A stretch of DNA of 64,000 nt from positions 1,792,001 through 1,856,000 of the forward strand of contig OZ220732.1 of NCBI GenBank assembly GCA_965116905.1, read 5' to 3'. Shown one piece after another: positions 10,437 through 22,255 of the stretch. This DNA is from Longimicrobiales bacterium. GTDB lineage: Bacteria; Gemmatimonadota; Gemmatimonadetes; Longimicrobiales; Gaopeijiaceae. The notes beneath the pieces were generated by a model that was given only the letters and a program-made list of their open reading frames with translations, searched no databases and was not told where the DNA came from. Both the position numbers and the translations under genes were made by a program. How positions within the stretch are numbered: the first letter of the stretch is position 1; each line of letters opens with the position of its first letter.

Positions 10437-12134
10437 ATGACGCGCCGATCCATCATCAGGCGCGCAGATCCGCACACCGGCCCCCGGCGCCGGTCTGCCG
10501 CGCTCCTGGTCGCCGCACTCCTGTTCGCCGCGTGTGCGCGGGGTGGCGAAACGGCCGACCTCATCATCCTCGGCGGCACGATCGTGGACGGCTCGGGCGA
10601 CCCGCCCCGCACCGGAACCGTCGTGATTGCGGGGCACAGCATCGTCACCGTGGGCGGTGCCGCGGCCGATGGTGGCGGCGCACAGGCCATCGACACGATC
10701 GACGCCACCGGCCTCGTGGTGGCTCCCGGCTTCATCGATGTCCACAATCACACGCCGCCGGCGATCGTACTGCCCGGCAACCACCTCAACGAGGGCTTCA
10801 TCCGGCAGGGCGTGACGACCGTGTTCGGGGGTCCCGACGGTGCTTTCGCCCCGGCGCACATCCGCCGTTTCTCGGAGCTGTACGCGGCGCAGGGGATCGG
10901 GACCAACGTGGCGTTCTATATAGGGCACAACGGCATCCGCAACGAGGTCCTCGGTGACGACCAGCAGCGGGCCCCGACGCCCGACGAGCTCGAGACCATG
11001 CGCGCCCTCGTGCGCGAAGGGATGGAGCTCGGCGCCTTCGGCCTCTCGACCGGCCTGATGTACGAGCCCGGCATGTTTTCCGGGACGGCCGAGGTGATCG
11101 CGCTCGCCATGGAAGCCGCGGAGTACGGCGGCGTGTACGATTCGCACGTCCGCAACCCCGTGCACGACTTTGTCGGATCGGACCGCGAGGTGGTCGAGAT
11201 CGCGGAGACTGCGGGACTCCCGGGCAAGATCGGTCACCTGAAGGCGGTGGGCCTGCACAACGAGGGCGTGATCGCCGACATCGTGGAACTGGTGGAGAGC
11301 GCACGCGAGCGGGGAGTCGTGGTCGTGTCCGACCAGTACCCGTACGACGGGGCGGCGACGGCCAGCCTGACCGGAATCGTCGTCGCGCCGCCGGACCTGG
11401 AGGGACTGGAGGCTTTCCGCCAGATGCAACGGCAGGGCCGGACCGACGAAGCGATGGTGCAGCTCAAGGCGGCGCTGGCGGATCCGGAATCACGCGCCAG
11501 GCTCAGGGACGCCAGCGAGAACGGGGTGGACGGGGGCTTTGCGTGGCTGAAGGCGACCGGGTACACCAGCATGAGAATCACCAGTTCGGCCGACTACCCG
11601 GAACTCGTCGGCGCGTACCTCTCGGAGATCGCGGAACGGCGGGGCCAGGACCCCTTCGACGCGGTCGCGGACCTGATCGTGGGGTCCACGCAGCCCGTCA
11701 ACCTGACCCTGGGTGCGATCAAGGAGCACGATGTGCGCCGGCTCATGATCCAGCCGTGGAACATGATCGCGAGCGACGGCGGCTATGCCGACGGCTCCGA
11801 CGCCCAGGCCGGGCACCCCCGCAGCGCCGGGACCTTTCCGCGCCTGATCGGCCACTACGCCCGGGACGAGGGGGTCCTGTCGCTGGAAGAGGCCGTGCGC
11901 AAGATCACCTCGCTCCCCGCGAGCTTTCACGGCATCGGTGACCGCGGCCGACTGGCTGCCGGAATGCGCGCGGACATCGCGATCTTCGACCCCGCCACGA
12001 TCATCGACCGTTCGGACTGGGACCACCCACAGCGCTTCGCCGAAGGGATGGTGCACGTTCTCGTGAACGGCGTGCCGGTCCTGCGCGATGCCGAAATGAC
12101 CGGCGAGGCCCCGGGCGAGGTGGTGAAACGGTAG
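10437..12134 (+). CDS. N-acyl-D-amino-acid deacylase (amidohydrolase)
   Basis: VDGSG, APGFIDVHNH, GLSTGLMY, SHVR, HLK, ASDG, HPR..GTFPR. Confidence 0.9.
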   Translation: MTRRSIIRRADPHTGPRRRSAALLVAALLFAACARGGETADLIILGGTIVDGSGDPPRTGTVVIAGHSIVTVGGAAADGGGAQAIDTIDATGLVVAPGFIDVHNHTPPAIVLPGNHLNEGFIRQGVTTVFGGPDGAFAPAHIRRFSELYAAQGIGTNVAFYIGHNGIRNEVLGDDQQRAPTPDELETMRALVREGMELGAFGLSTGLMYEPGMFSGTAEVIALAMEAAEYGGVYDSHVRNPVHDFVGSDREVVEIAETAGLPGKIGHLKAVGLHNEGVIADIVELVESARERGVVVVSDQYPYDGAATASLTGIVVAPPDLEGLEAFRQMQRQGRTDEAMVQLKAALADPESRARLRDASENGVDGGFAWLKATGYTSMRITSSADYPELVGAYLSEIAERRGQDPFDAVADLIVGSTQPVNLTLGAIKEHDVRRLMIQPWNMIASDGGYADGSDAQAGHPRSAGTFPRLIGHYARDEGVLSLEEAVRKITSLPASFHGIGDRGRLAAGMRADIAIFDPATIIDRSDWDHPQRFAEGMVHVLVNGVPVLRDAEMTGEAPGEVVKR

Positions 12135-12174
12135 ATGCCCGAGGAGACGGAGACGCCATCGTGATGACGCCGCC

Positions 12175-12705
12175 GTGATGACGCCGCGTTCCCCTGAGGG
12201 TTCCCCGAAGGTGACCTTCCGCCCCATGGTTCCGGGGGATTGGCCCACCGTGGCGGAGATCTACCGGCAGGGCATCGAGTCCGGCAACGCGACCTTCGAG
12301 ACCGAAGTGCCGGACTGGGAGAGCTGGGACGCCGCGCGGCATTCCGCCTGCCGGATCGTGGCCGCGGTGGACGGCGAGACGGTCGGGTTCGCGGCGCTGA
12401 GCCCCGTGTCCGGCCGACCCGTCTATGCCGGCGTGCAGGAGGTCATGATCTACGTCGCCACGGCGGCGCGCGGCCAGGGCGTGGGCGGGCGGCTGCTCGA
12501 ACGGCTCGTTCGGGACACCGAGGCCGAGGGGATCTGGACCCTGAAGGCGGGGATCTTCCCCGAGAACCGTGCATCGATCCACGTCTTCGAGCAGGTCGGT
12601 TTCCGGATTCTGGGGACACACGACCGTCTCGGCCGCTTCCACGACGGACGCTGGCGCGACGTGGTCCTGATGGAACGGCGAAGCGCCGTCGCGGGCCTGG
12701 ACTGA
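12175..12705 (+). CDS. GNAT N-acetyltransferase (Pat/YncA-like)
   Basis: IY..GI..GNATFET, RGQGVG, IFPENRAS, WRDVVLMERRS. Confidence 0.9.
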   Translation: MMTPRSPEGSPKVTFRPMVPGDWPTVAEIYRQGIESGNATFETEVPDWESWDAARHSACRIVAAVDGETVGFAALSPVSGRPVYAGVQEVMIYVATAARGQGVGGRLLERLVRDTEAEGIWTLKAGIFPENRASIHVFEQVGFRILGTHDRLGRFHDGRWRDVVLMERRSAVAGLD

Positions 12706-12763
12706 CGAGCCGTCAGGGAGCGGCGCCTCGCGGAGCGGCGCCTCGCACGTCGATGGTGGCCGA

Positions 12764-13816
<1,053 letters not shown>

Positions 13817-13959
13817 TTGGCGGTGCCCGGGGTTGGGGTGGGGTGGGTGACTGCCGTGGGCTCGGCCGCTTCGGGGCGGCACCATGGCAACACTATAGCA
13901 GCACTATAGCAGGGAACATTTGTGGCGCAATCGACACGGGGCGGTCTCGCAAGCCGCGG

Positions 13960-16900
13960 CTACGACACCGGCCGGCCACGCGCCCGGACACTGATCGGTT
14001 GCACACCGCTCTCTTCGAGGAATGCGTTGAACGCGTTCACCGCGTCCAGCAACTCGCCGAGCGTGCTCTCGTGGCCGGCCCATTCCTCCCGCAGGTCGGA
14101 CCAGCGCTGGCGCGCCCCGGCCGTCACCGGCGGCTCCGAACCGTCCACCGAGCCGATCAGCGCCAGGATCTGCGCGTCCAGCTTGTTGCGGAAGTTGATC
14201 ACGTCCTGGAAGGTCCGCTGCCGGCGTTGCACCAACTCTCCTTCCCACTCCGTAATGGAGCCGGTCAGCGATTCACCCGATGCCCGGATCGAGTCGGCCA
14301 ACGGATGCTCCTCCGTGCGCTCCACGATCGCGTCGACCTGTGCCGATACGTCTGCGAGTTCGTTGACCGCCCCGTACAGGTCGCGGATCACCTGCTGGGC
14401 CTCGGCCACGAAGCGCTCCTGGGTATCGTATTGGTCACGCGTTGCGCTCCATCGGGGGTCGGGCGCCAGCGAGACCGTGACCGTCCTGCTCTCTTCACCG
14501 TGCGTCAGCCGGACCTGGTAGTCCCCCGGCGCGACCACACGGCCCTGGAGGCTGCCGAATTGCTGGTACCCCTCGATGCCCGCGATCGCGTCGTGGCGGT
14601 AGTCCCATGCCAGCCGGTTCAGCCCCGCCTCGGGGACCGGCATCGAGGAGTAGTCCTCGTTCCCCGCGGCCTCGGGATCGGTGGCGAAGGTGCGGATCGC
14701 GCTCCCGTCGGCCCCCACGATCTCGATGGTGACCAGCGAGTCCGGCGCTTCCGCGAACGCGTAGAAGATCTGCGCTCCGCCCGGAGGATTGGCCCCGGTC
14801 GTGCCGGCTCCGCCCCCACCGCCGAAGCCGCCGCCGAACGAGGCCATGACCGTCTCGCGCGGGGTGAAGAGATGCATGTCGGCGGCCACCACGCTCTCGT
14901 CCAGCTGCTGCACCGGCGACAGGTCGTCGAGGATCCAGAACCCGCGGCCCTGCGTGGACGCCACCAGGTCGTTGTTGCGAATGGTGAGGTCGGTGATGGG
15001 CACGACGGGCAGGCCCAGCTGCCACTCCTCCCAGCTGTCCCCGGCGTCGCCCGACAGGAAGAGCCCCATCTCGGTGCCGGCGTAGAGGAGACCCGGGGTG
15101 ACCGGATCCTCGCGCACGACCCGCACCCAGTGTTCGTCGCCGATGCCGGCCGCCACGGCCTCCCAGCTCGCTCCGTAGTCGCGCGTCCGGAAGATCATCG
15201 GCGTGAAGTCGTTGAACTTGTAGGCGGACGCGGCCACGTAGGCGGTGGCCGGGTCGTGCGGCGAGACCTCGATCGAGTTGATCATCGCGCGGTCGACATC
15301 CGGCGGGGTGACCTCGGTCCAGGTCGTTCCGCTGTCGCGCGTGAGCTGGACCAGGCCGTCGTCGGTGCCCACCCAGAGCGTGCCGGCCTCGTGGGGTGAC
15401 TCGACCAGGGCCATGATCGTGTTGTAGTTCTCGCCCCCGGCCCCCTCGTTGGTGATCGGGGTGCCGCCGGCGCCCTGCTTGTCCTCCTCGTCACGGGTCA
15501 GGTCGGGCGAGACGGGCTCCCAGCTCTGGCCGCGGTCGCGGGTGGCGAACACCACGTTCCCGGCGTGGTAGATCGTGTTCGGGTCGTGGGGTGAAGCCAC
15601 GATCGGGGCGTTCCAGTTGAACCGGTAGCGCTGCTCACCGGCGTAGGTGCCGAGGCCGAGGAAGGGGTAGGCCATGATGGCCTTTCGCAGGCCGGTATCA
15701 CGGTTCCAGCGATCGATCAGCCCCTGGTAGCAGCCGCCGAAGATATCCACCGGGTCGTTCTCGTCGAAGGCCAGAAACGCGCTCTCGCACCCCGCCACGG
15801 AGTAGAAGTCGCCCCAGCCGATGCCGCCGGGCGCTGCCGACGGGATGCCGATCGCAGAGTTGTCCTGCTGGCCCCCGTAGACGTGATAGGGGAATTGGTT
15901 GTCCGTGATGACCCGGTAGAACTGCGCCGTCGGCTGGTTGCGCTGCGTGGACCAGCTGTCGCCCCCGTTGAAGCTGACGTTGGCGCCGCCGTCGTTGGCG
16001 TTGATCATGTTGTCCGCGTCGGCGGGGTTGATCCACAGGTCGTGGTTGTCGCCGTGCGGCACCTGCACCGGCGAGAAGGAGCGCCCCCCGTCGATCGACT
16101 TCAGGAACGGCGCGTTCATCACGTACACCGTCTCTTCGTCCTGCGGATCGGCAAAGATCTTCATGTAGTACCAGGAGCGGGTCTGGACGATGCGGTCCGA
16201 GTTCGTCTGCTGCCACGAGGCGCCCCCGTCGTCGGACCGGTACACGCCCCCCTGGTCGGGCTCGGCCTCCACGACCGCGTAGAGCCGGTCGGGATTCGCG
16301 CGCGAAACGTCGATGCCGATCTTGCCGACCAGGTCCGGCAGACCCTCGTTGATCTGCTCCCACGTGTCCCCGCTGTCCGTCGACTTCCAGATGCCGCTGC
16401 CCTCGCCACCCGACTCGACCACCCAGGGGCGCCGGAGGTGGTCCCAGAACGCCGCATAGAGAATGCGCGGGTTGGTCATGTCCATGGCGAGTGCCGAGGC
16501 GCCGACGCGAGGGGAGACGTACAGCACCTTCTCCCAGCTCCGGCCCCCGTCCATGGTCCGGTAGACGCCGCGGTCCTCCGTCTCGCCGTAGGGGGCTCCC
16601 TGGGCGGCGACGTACACGATGTCGGGGTCGCGCGGGTGGATCCGGATGCGCGAGATGGCGCGCGTGCGCTCGAGTCCCATGTGCGTCCAGCTCCTTCCCG
16701 CGTCGGTCGACAGGTAGACGCCGTCGCCGTGAGAGGTGGTCACGCCGCGCACCGCGTGCTCGCCCATGCCCACCCACACCACGTTGGGGTCCGATTCGGC
16801 GACCGCGACCGCTCCGACCGAGCCGGTCCCGAAATGCCCATCGCTCACGTTGGTCCAGGTAATGCCGGCGTCGGTGGTCTTCCACACGCCGCCCCCGGTG

Positions 16901-17220
16901 GCGCCGAAGTAGTACGTCTGGTCGTCCCCGGCCACCCCCGTGACCGTGACCGAGCGCCCGCCGCGGGTGGGGCCGATGTTCCGCCATGACATGGCCTGCG
17001 TGTATCGGGCCAGGGCGGTGGTGTCGGGGGCCTGGGCGGCTGCGAGCGCCGGGGCCAGCGCGAGCGCAGGGGCCAGCGTGGCCGCCGGGGCCAGCGTCAA
17101 CGTCGGGGCCAGCGTGGCTGCGAGGGCCAGCGTGAACGTCGGGGCCAGGGTGGCCGCGAAGGCGATCAGTCGTGCGACCGGGTTCGGGCGGCGGGTGCGC
17201 GAGCGTGGGTGGACGGACAT
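13960..17220 (-). CDS. Large secreted BNR/VPS10 (sortilin-like) repeat glycosyl hydrolase-like protein
   Basis: WRNIGP.RGGR, multiple S.D.G.TW Asp-boxes, GG.QDN, RFNWNAP. Confidence 0.88.
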   Translation of the reverse strand: MSVHPRSRTRRPNPVARLIAFAATLAPTFTLALAATLAPTLTLAPAATLAPALALAPALAAAQAPDTTALARYTQAMSWRNIGPTRGGRSVTVTGVAGDDQTYYFGATGGGVWKTTDAGITWTNVSDGHFGTGSVGAVAVAESDPNVVWVGMGEHAVRGVTTSHGDGVYLSTDAGRSWTHMGLERTRAISRIRIHPRDPDIVYVAAQGAPYGETEDRGVYRTMDGGRSWEKVLYVSPRVGASALAMDMTNPRILYAAFWDHLRRPWVVESGGEGSGIWKSTDSGDTWEQINEGLPDLVGKIGIDVSRANPDRLYAVVEAEPDQGGVYRSDDGGASWQQTNSDRIVQTRSWYYMKIFADPQDEETVYVMNAPFLKSIDGGRSFSPVQVPHGDNHDLWINPADADNMINANDGGANVSFNGGDSWSTQRNQPTAQFYRVITDNQFPYHVYGGQQDNSAIGIPSAAPGGIGWGDFYSVAGCESAFLAFDENDPVDIFGGCYQGLIDRWNRDTGLRKAIMAYPFLGLGTYAGEQRYRFNWNAPIVASPHDPNTIYHAGNVVFATRDRGQSWEPVSPDLTRDEEDKQGAGGTPITNEGAGGENYNTIMALVESPHEAGTLWVGTDDGLVQLTRDSGTTWTEVTPPDVDRAMINSIEVSPHDPATAYVAASAYKFNDFTPMIFRTRDYGASWEAVAAGIGDEHWVRVVREDPVTPGLLYAGTEMGLFLSGDAGDSWEEWQLGLPVVPITDLTIRNNDLVASTQGRGFWILDDLSPVQQLDESVVAADMHLFTPRETVMASFGGGFGGGGGAGTTGANPPGGAQIFYAFAEAPDSLVTIEIVGADGSAIRTFATDPEAAGNEDYSSMPVPEAGLNRLAWDYRHDAIAGIEGYQQFGSLQGRVVAPGDYQVRLTHGEESRTVTVSLAPDPRWSATRDQYDTQERFVAEAQQVIRDLYGAVNELADVSAQVDAIVERTEEHPLADSIRASGESLTGSITEWEGELVQRRQRTFQDVINFRNKLDAQILALIGSVDGSEPPVTAGARQRWSDLREEWAGHESTLGELLDAVNAFNAFLEESGVQPISVRARGRPVS
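17040..17160 (-). repeat. 36-bp degenerate tandem repeat expanding the signal peptide (AATLAPTxTLAx, about 3 copies)
   Basis: Visible in the DNA (GGGCCAGCGT... units) and in the translation. Confidence 0.75.
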
Positions 17221-17335
17221 GGGTGATGGATCTCCGGTTAGCGGGTGGAAACGAACGCTTCCAACCTTAGCCGCGCGCATCCGCGTTGCCTAGCGGCCGA
17301 TCGTGACACAGTTTCGCTTCCACGCACCACACGGA

Positions 17336-17402
17336 CCCACCAGGCACGGACCCGCCAGGCACGACCCGCCAGGCACCGACCTGGCAGGCACGACCCGCCG
17401 GG
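17336..17402 (+). repeat. Intergenic ~14-15-bp tandem repeat (CCGCCAGGCACGAC-like, 4-5 copies)
   Basis: Read directly between divergent genes. Confidence 0.75.
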
Positions 17403-17431
17403 CGATCCGTCATGGCCACGGGAGGAAGCAG

Positions 17432-19516
17432 ATGACCGTCAACGCGAAGCTCACGGCAATCCTCATGTTCGCCGGCGGCGCCGTTGTCGCAGGCACGTTC
17501 GCGAGTGCCGCCCCGCTCCACGCCCAGACGGAGGACGATCCCGTCGTGCGGCTTGTGGCCACGCCAGCCGAACTGACCCTGCGGGTCGGGGACGAGGCGC
17601 GGGTGACCATCGCCGGCTACACGCGTTCCGGCGCCCGCGTGGAGGATCCCGTGGTGCGCCTGGTGGGTCCGCGCGCGGCGGTGCGGGTGCGGCAGGGTGT
17701 CGTGACCGCGCTCGCCGCGGGAGACTACGCGCTGGTCGCAACGCTGGTACAGGATGGCGGTGCTCCGGCAGGCGAGCCGGTTACCGTGCGGGTGCCGGTC
17801 GGCATCGGCTGGCCCACCGTCGCCCAGGTGGTCGTCTCTGCCCCCACCAACGACCGCTTTTTCGTGGGCACCTCGATCCGCCTGGCTGTGCGGGCCGAGC
17901 ACGAGGACGGCAGCGCGCGCGCCGATCCGGACGTGGCGTGGCGCAGCGAATCGCCGGACATCGCCACCGTCGACGGCTTCGGGCGCGTCACGGGCGTCGC
18001 CCCCGGCACGGCGACCATCACCGCCACGGTCGAAGGGGTCGAGGGCACGGCGACGCTCTCCGCGGCCACCTTCACAGGCGCATCGCTCGAGATCGTCGGC
18101 GGGGCAGCGCGCGCCCGCACCGGCGACGTCATCGGCTTCGGCGCGGAGGTGAGGGACGGCGCCGGCGACCTCGTCAGCGGCGTCCCCGTCGAGTGGTCGC
18201 ACGCGTACGAAGCGGCCGAGGGAGTCATTGCGCCGCCCGCTCCGGCGCAAATGCACGGCAGCCGGTTCGTCGCGGATGTCCCCGGGGTCTACACGGTCAT
18301 CGCCGACGCGGGCCCCCTGTCCGCGCGCACGTCCTTCCGGGTCGTCGAGCGCGACGTCATCCAGAAGCTGGAGATTCACGGGCAGGGGAGGGAACAGCGG
18401 GTGCGGACCACCGACTTCTGGGTCTTCGAGGGCCGGGACGGACGGGACTACGCGCTCACCGGCGCCAAGCGCTCCGACGGCCACGGCTTCGTCTGGGACG
18501 TGACCGAGCCCGGCAACATCTTCAAGACCGATTCGATCCAGGTCGACGCGCGCTCGGTCAACGACATGAAGGTCTCGCCGGACGCGCGCTACGCCACAAT
18601 GACCCGCGAAGGCGCGTCGAACAGGCGCAACGGCGTGGTGATTCTGGATCTCGCGGACCCCGCGCACCCGGTGATCGCGTCCGAAGTGACCGACTACGGG
18701 CTCACCGGCGGTGTCCACAACGCCTTCCCCACCGAGAGTCACCTCTTTGCGCTGGCGGGCGGGGACAAGTACGTGATCCTCGACATGAGCGACCTCTACA
18801 ACCCGCGCTTCGTGGGGGAATACAACCATCCGAACAGCCGTCTGCACGATGTGTGGGTGCTGGACGGGCTCGCGTACTCGGCGGAGTGGGAGAACGGCCT
18901 GGTGGTGGTCGACGTGGGCGACGGGCGCTGGGGCGGTTCGCCCGAAAACCCGGTTCTCGTGAGTAGCTATCCGATCCCGGGCGGCGCCACGCACGCGGTC
19001 TTCCCGTACGTGTCGGAGTCGACGGGCAAGCACTACGTCTTCCTGGGCGACGAGATCATGAGCCGGCGCGGGCTGGCGTGGGAAGGGCCGGGGCAGGGGC
19101 GCGGATCGTACCAGCTGCCCTACGATCCCGAGACCGGCATGAACGGGATCCCGCTGGCGACCCGGGGCTACATCCAGATCGTCGACTTCTCCGATCCCGA
19201 GAATCCCGAGATGGTGGCGCGCTACGAGGTGCCCGAGTACGGAACGCACAACATCTGGGTGGAGGACGACATCCTGTACCAGGCGTACTACGAGGGAGGC
19301 GTGCGCATGGTGGACGTGTCGGGCGATCTGATGGGGAATCTGTACACGCAGGGACGCGAGATCGCGGTCTTCAAGGCCTACGACCCGATCGGCTACGTGC
19401 CCAACTCGCCGATGGCGTGGAGCGCGATGCCCTTCAAGGGCCGCATCTTCTTCTCGGACACGAACTCCGGGCTGTGGTCGGCGAGGCTGGTGCCAAGGAG
19501 CCGGCCGGTGAGTTGA
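17432..19516 (+). CDS. Secreted Ig-like (Big_2) plus LVIVD-repeat protein
   Basis: Signal peptide; W.S.SP.IATVD..G.VT Ig motif; VILDLADP, LVVVDV and IQIVDF repeats; GGAGG SD. Confidence 0.82.
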   Translation: MTVNAKLTAILMFAGGAVVAGTFASAAPLHAQTEDDPVVRLVATPAELTLRVGDEARVTIAGYTRSGARVEDPVVRLVGPRAAVRVRQGVVTALAAGDYALVATLVQDGGAPAGEPVTVRVPVGIGWPTVAQVVVSAPTNDRFFVGTSIRLAVRAEHEDGSARADPDVAWRSESPDIATVDGFGRVTGVAPGTATITATVEGVEGTATLSAATFTGASLEIVGGAARARTGDVIGFGAEVRDGAGDLVSGVPVEWSHAYEAAEGVIAPPAPAQMHGSRFVADVPGVYTVIADAGPLSARTSFRVVERDVIQKLEIHGQGREQRVRTTDFWVFEGRDGRDYALTGAKRSDGHGFVWDVTEPGNIFKTDSIQVDARSVNDMKVSPDARYATMTREGASNRRNGVVILDLADPAHPVIASEVTDYGLTGGVHNAFPTESHLFALAGGDKYVILDMSDLYNPRFVGEYNHPNSRLHDVWVLDGLAYSAEWENGLVVVDVGDGRWGGSPENPVLVSSYPIPGGATHAVFPYVSESTGKHYVFLGDEIMSRRGLAWEGPGQGRGSYQLPYDPETGMNGIPLATRGYIQIVDFSDPENPEMVARYEVPEYGTHNIWVEDDILYQAYYEGGVRMVDVSGDLMGNLYTQGREIAVFKAYDPIGYVPNSPMAWSAMPFKGRIFFSDTNSGLWSARLVPRSRPVS

Positions 19517-19529
19517 AAACGGTGGCGCG

Positions 19530-19587
19530 CACGACGCCTGAAACACCCGCGACGCCTGAAACCCGCGCGACGCGTGAAACACCGACG
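19530..19587 (+). repeat. 18-bp tandem repeat (CGACGCCTGAAAC..., 3 copies) upstream of asd
   Basis: Read directly. Confidence 0.75.
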
Positions 19588-19610
19588 GCCCCAAGGCGTA
19601 AAACCCTCTC

Positions 19611-20699
<1,089 letters not shown>

Positions 20700-20818
20700 G
20701 CAGCTCGCGTACCTCGCCGCCGAGAAAGGACGCCGTCTTGTCCCTTGGGCTCGGATGGGGATAGAATCACCGCGAACGTGCTCGGCCTGACGCGGCCCCA
20801 GTCGCTCGGTCGATACGA

Positions 20819-20892
20819 CAAAATCGGACATTTTACGACAATTTCGGACACTAACCCGTCAATTTCGGACAACTAACCCGTCAATTCCGGCG
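20819..20892 (+). repeat. AT-rich direct repeats (AATTTCGGACA core, 3-4 copies, about 21-bp period)
   Basis: aaatcggaca at 20821, aatttcggaca at 20840 and 20861, aattccggcga at 20883; CTAACCCGTC occurs twice. Confidence 0.8.
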
Positions 20893-21011
20893 ACGGCCAT
20901 GCTCCTGGCCCGCCTCAGCGACGGATCCATCCCGGGAGCCGACCCATCCATTCCCTCATTTCAACCCTTGTCCGCGCCCAGGAAGTCCCGGGCGGCGAGA
21001 GCTCCAACCTC

Positions 21012-21509
21012 GTGTGGATTGCGGCGGCGACCGTCGTCCTCGTGATCGTGCTGTACGCCCTGACTGCGTTGTTCTTCGCCCGGGGCCGCTGGTTCGGGCC
21101 ACGCAACATCGACATGTCGCTGGACGCGGGCGTGCGGCATCTGCTCGACGAGTTCCTGACCGAGTTCGGACGCCGCCTCCGGTGGAACCCGGCATCGAAG
21201 GAGCGGCTGCGCGCCGCCGGTGAAGAAGTGCTTCTCAGCCTCGCGGCGCATGACGGTGAAGAGGCGGCCGGGCTGCGGCGCCTGCGCGTGGCGGTGCGTC
21301 AGGACAAGGGGGTTGCCGTGCTGGAGTTCCTGGCGTCGCCCCAGGGGACCAACTTCGAGGAACAGCTGAAGCTCCTGGAGGAGCATGCGGCTCCGGCCAC
21401 CGACCAGGAACTGTCGCTACGCCTGCTCAACCACCATGCGTCGTCGGTGCGCCACCGCCACTACCACCTCAACGACCTGCTCACGGTTCGGGTGGAGGGA
21501 TCGCGGTAG
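21012..21509 (+). CDS. Membrane-anchored hypothetical protein resembling the C-terminal domain of some xanthine/uracil permeases; start uncertain
   Basis: One TM helix, then GEEVLLSL...LEF...LSLRLL.H.ASSVRH..Y; family resemblance from recall only. Confidence 0.5.
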   Translation: MWIAAATVVLVIVLYALTALFFARGRWFGPRNIDMSLDAGVRHLLDEFLTEFGRRLRWNPASKERLRAAGEEVLLSLAAHDGEEAAGLRRLRVAVRQDKGVAVLEFLASPQGTNFEEQLKLLEEHAAPATDQELSLRLLNHHASSVRHRHYHLNDLLTVRVEGSR

Positions 21510-21583
21510 AACGGCCGGGGGCGCGCCGAGCGCCACCAGGGCAGGGGCGTCCGGGCACGCTGCAGGTGCCGTGTGGCTGTTAG

Positions 21584-21612
21584 TTTATATGTGGACGCCC
21601 CGTTGTGAGCAA
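21584..21612 (-). promoter_or_regulatory. IS right-end/junction promoter: -35 TTGCTC, 17 bp spacer, -10 TATAAA
   Basis: Minus-strand sequence; matches the junction promoter arrangement known for IS1111 circles. Confidence 0.6.
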
Positions 21613-21639
21613 GCCTGATTTCCGAACCGGGTCGGGGGC

Positions 21640-21882
21640 ATGGTGGTCAGGTACGTTCATATGTCCGGCCTCTTGATGCGGCGCTCGTCGGCCGCGGGCC
21701 CGTATGGTTTTCGTGAGATCGGATCCAAATCAGTTTAACGGGCTCTCAGGCCCTCTAAACCAGGCTGGTTTTTCCGACCCCGTCTTGCTGACTGTTTGCC
21801 CTTACTCCGCTTCGTCCGTCCTGCCGCCCACGTCTCTCGGCAGCGTCTCTCTACTGTCGATTCCCCCCTTTCGGCGCCCCGT
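21640..21882 (-). ncRNA. Candidate bridge RNA / seekRNA of the IS1111-type element
   Basis: Downstream non-coding region. Stem GGUCGGA/UCCGAUC encloses an internal loop and a GGGC-CUGAGA-GCCC hairpin; the loop strands match both strands of the AGTTTA target. A second loop has ACAUAUGAAC, matching the IS end ACATATAAAC at 9/10. Confidence 0.75.
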
Positions 21883-22100
21883 TCAGGCCGCAGCGCGAAC
21901 CCGGTAGACCTCCTTCCGCGTGGCCACCGCCCAGACCCGCCGCGCCGTCCGGTTGGCGAGCGCCACCGCGACCAGCTTCTTCGGCTTGCGCGCCAGCATG
22001 CCGGCCAGCCACGGGTCCGCGGCCTCGTCGCGCCGGCTCGCGTGCCGGATGACCGCCATGGCTCCCATGACCAGGAGCCGCCTCAGGTCGCGCTGGCCCA
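21883..22100 (-). pseudogene. IS110 transposase, C-terminal fragment
   Basis: (M)GQRDLRRLLVMGAMAV...WL..MLARKPKKLVAVALANRTAR; continues the 28914-29718 fragment in frame. Confidence 0.93.
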
Positions 22101-22124
22101 GCGGATCGGAAGTAGCCGAAATCC

Positions 22125-22178
22125 CGGCAGGAAATCGTCTAAAGTCATACAGGACTGCACGATCTGCGTTTCCTGCCG
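22125..22178 (+). ncRNA. Candidate trigger stem-loop at the IME left end carrying a 17-nt complement of the integrase 5' UTR
   Basis: 10-bp perfect inverted repeat CGGCAGGAAA (22125-34) / TTTCCTGCCG (22169-78) enclosing GGACTGCACGATCTGCG (22152-68), the exact reverse complement of 27615-27631. Confidence 0.6.
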
Positions 22179-22211
22179 TAGTACTGGACCCTACTGGATC
22201 TTGCCACGAAC

Positions 22212-22242
22212 GCGGGAACGCCGGACTTGAATGGCGGGAATC
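22212..22242 (+). repeat. Putative integrase arm-type sites at the left end (GCGGGAAC, GGCGGGAATC)
   Basis: The same two motifs recur at the right end (28823-28845). Confidence 0.65.
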
Positions 22243-22255
22243 CCGCCCGAATCAC

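Noticed and set aside
20819..20892. Possible mini-CRISPR array
   Set aside because: Period is about 21 bp with no unique 30-40-bp spacers, and there are no cas genes in the window.
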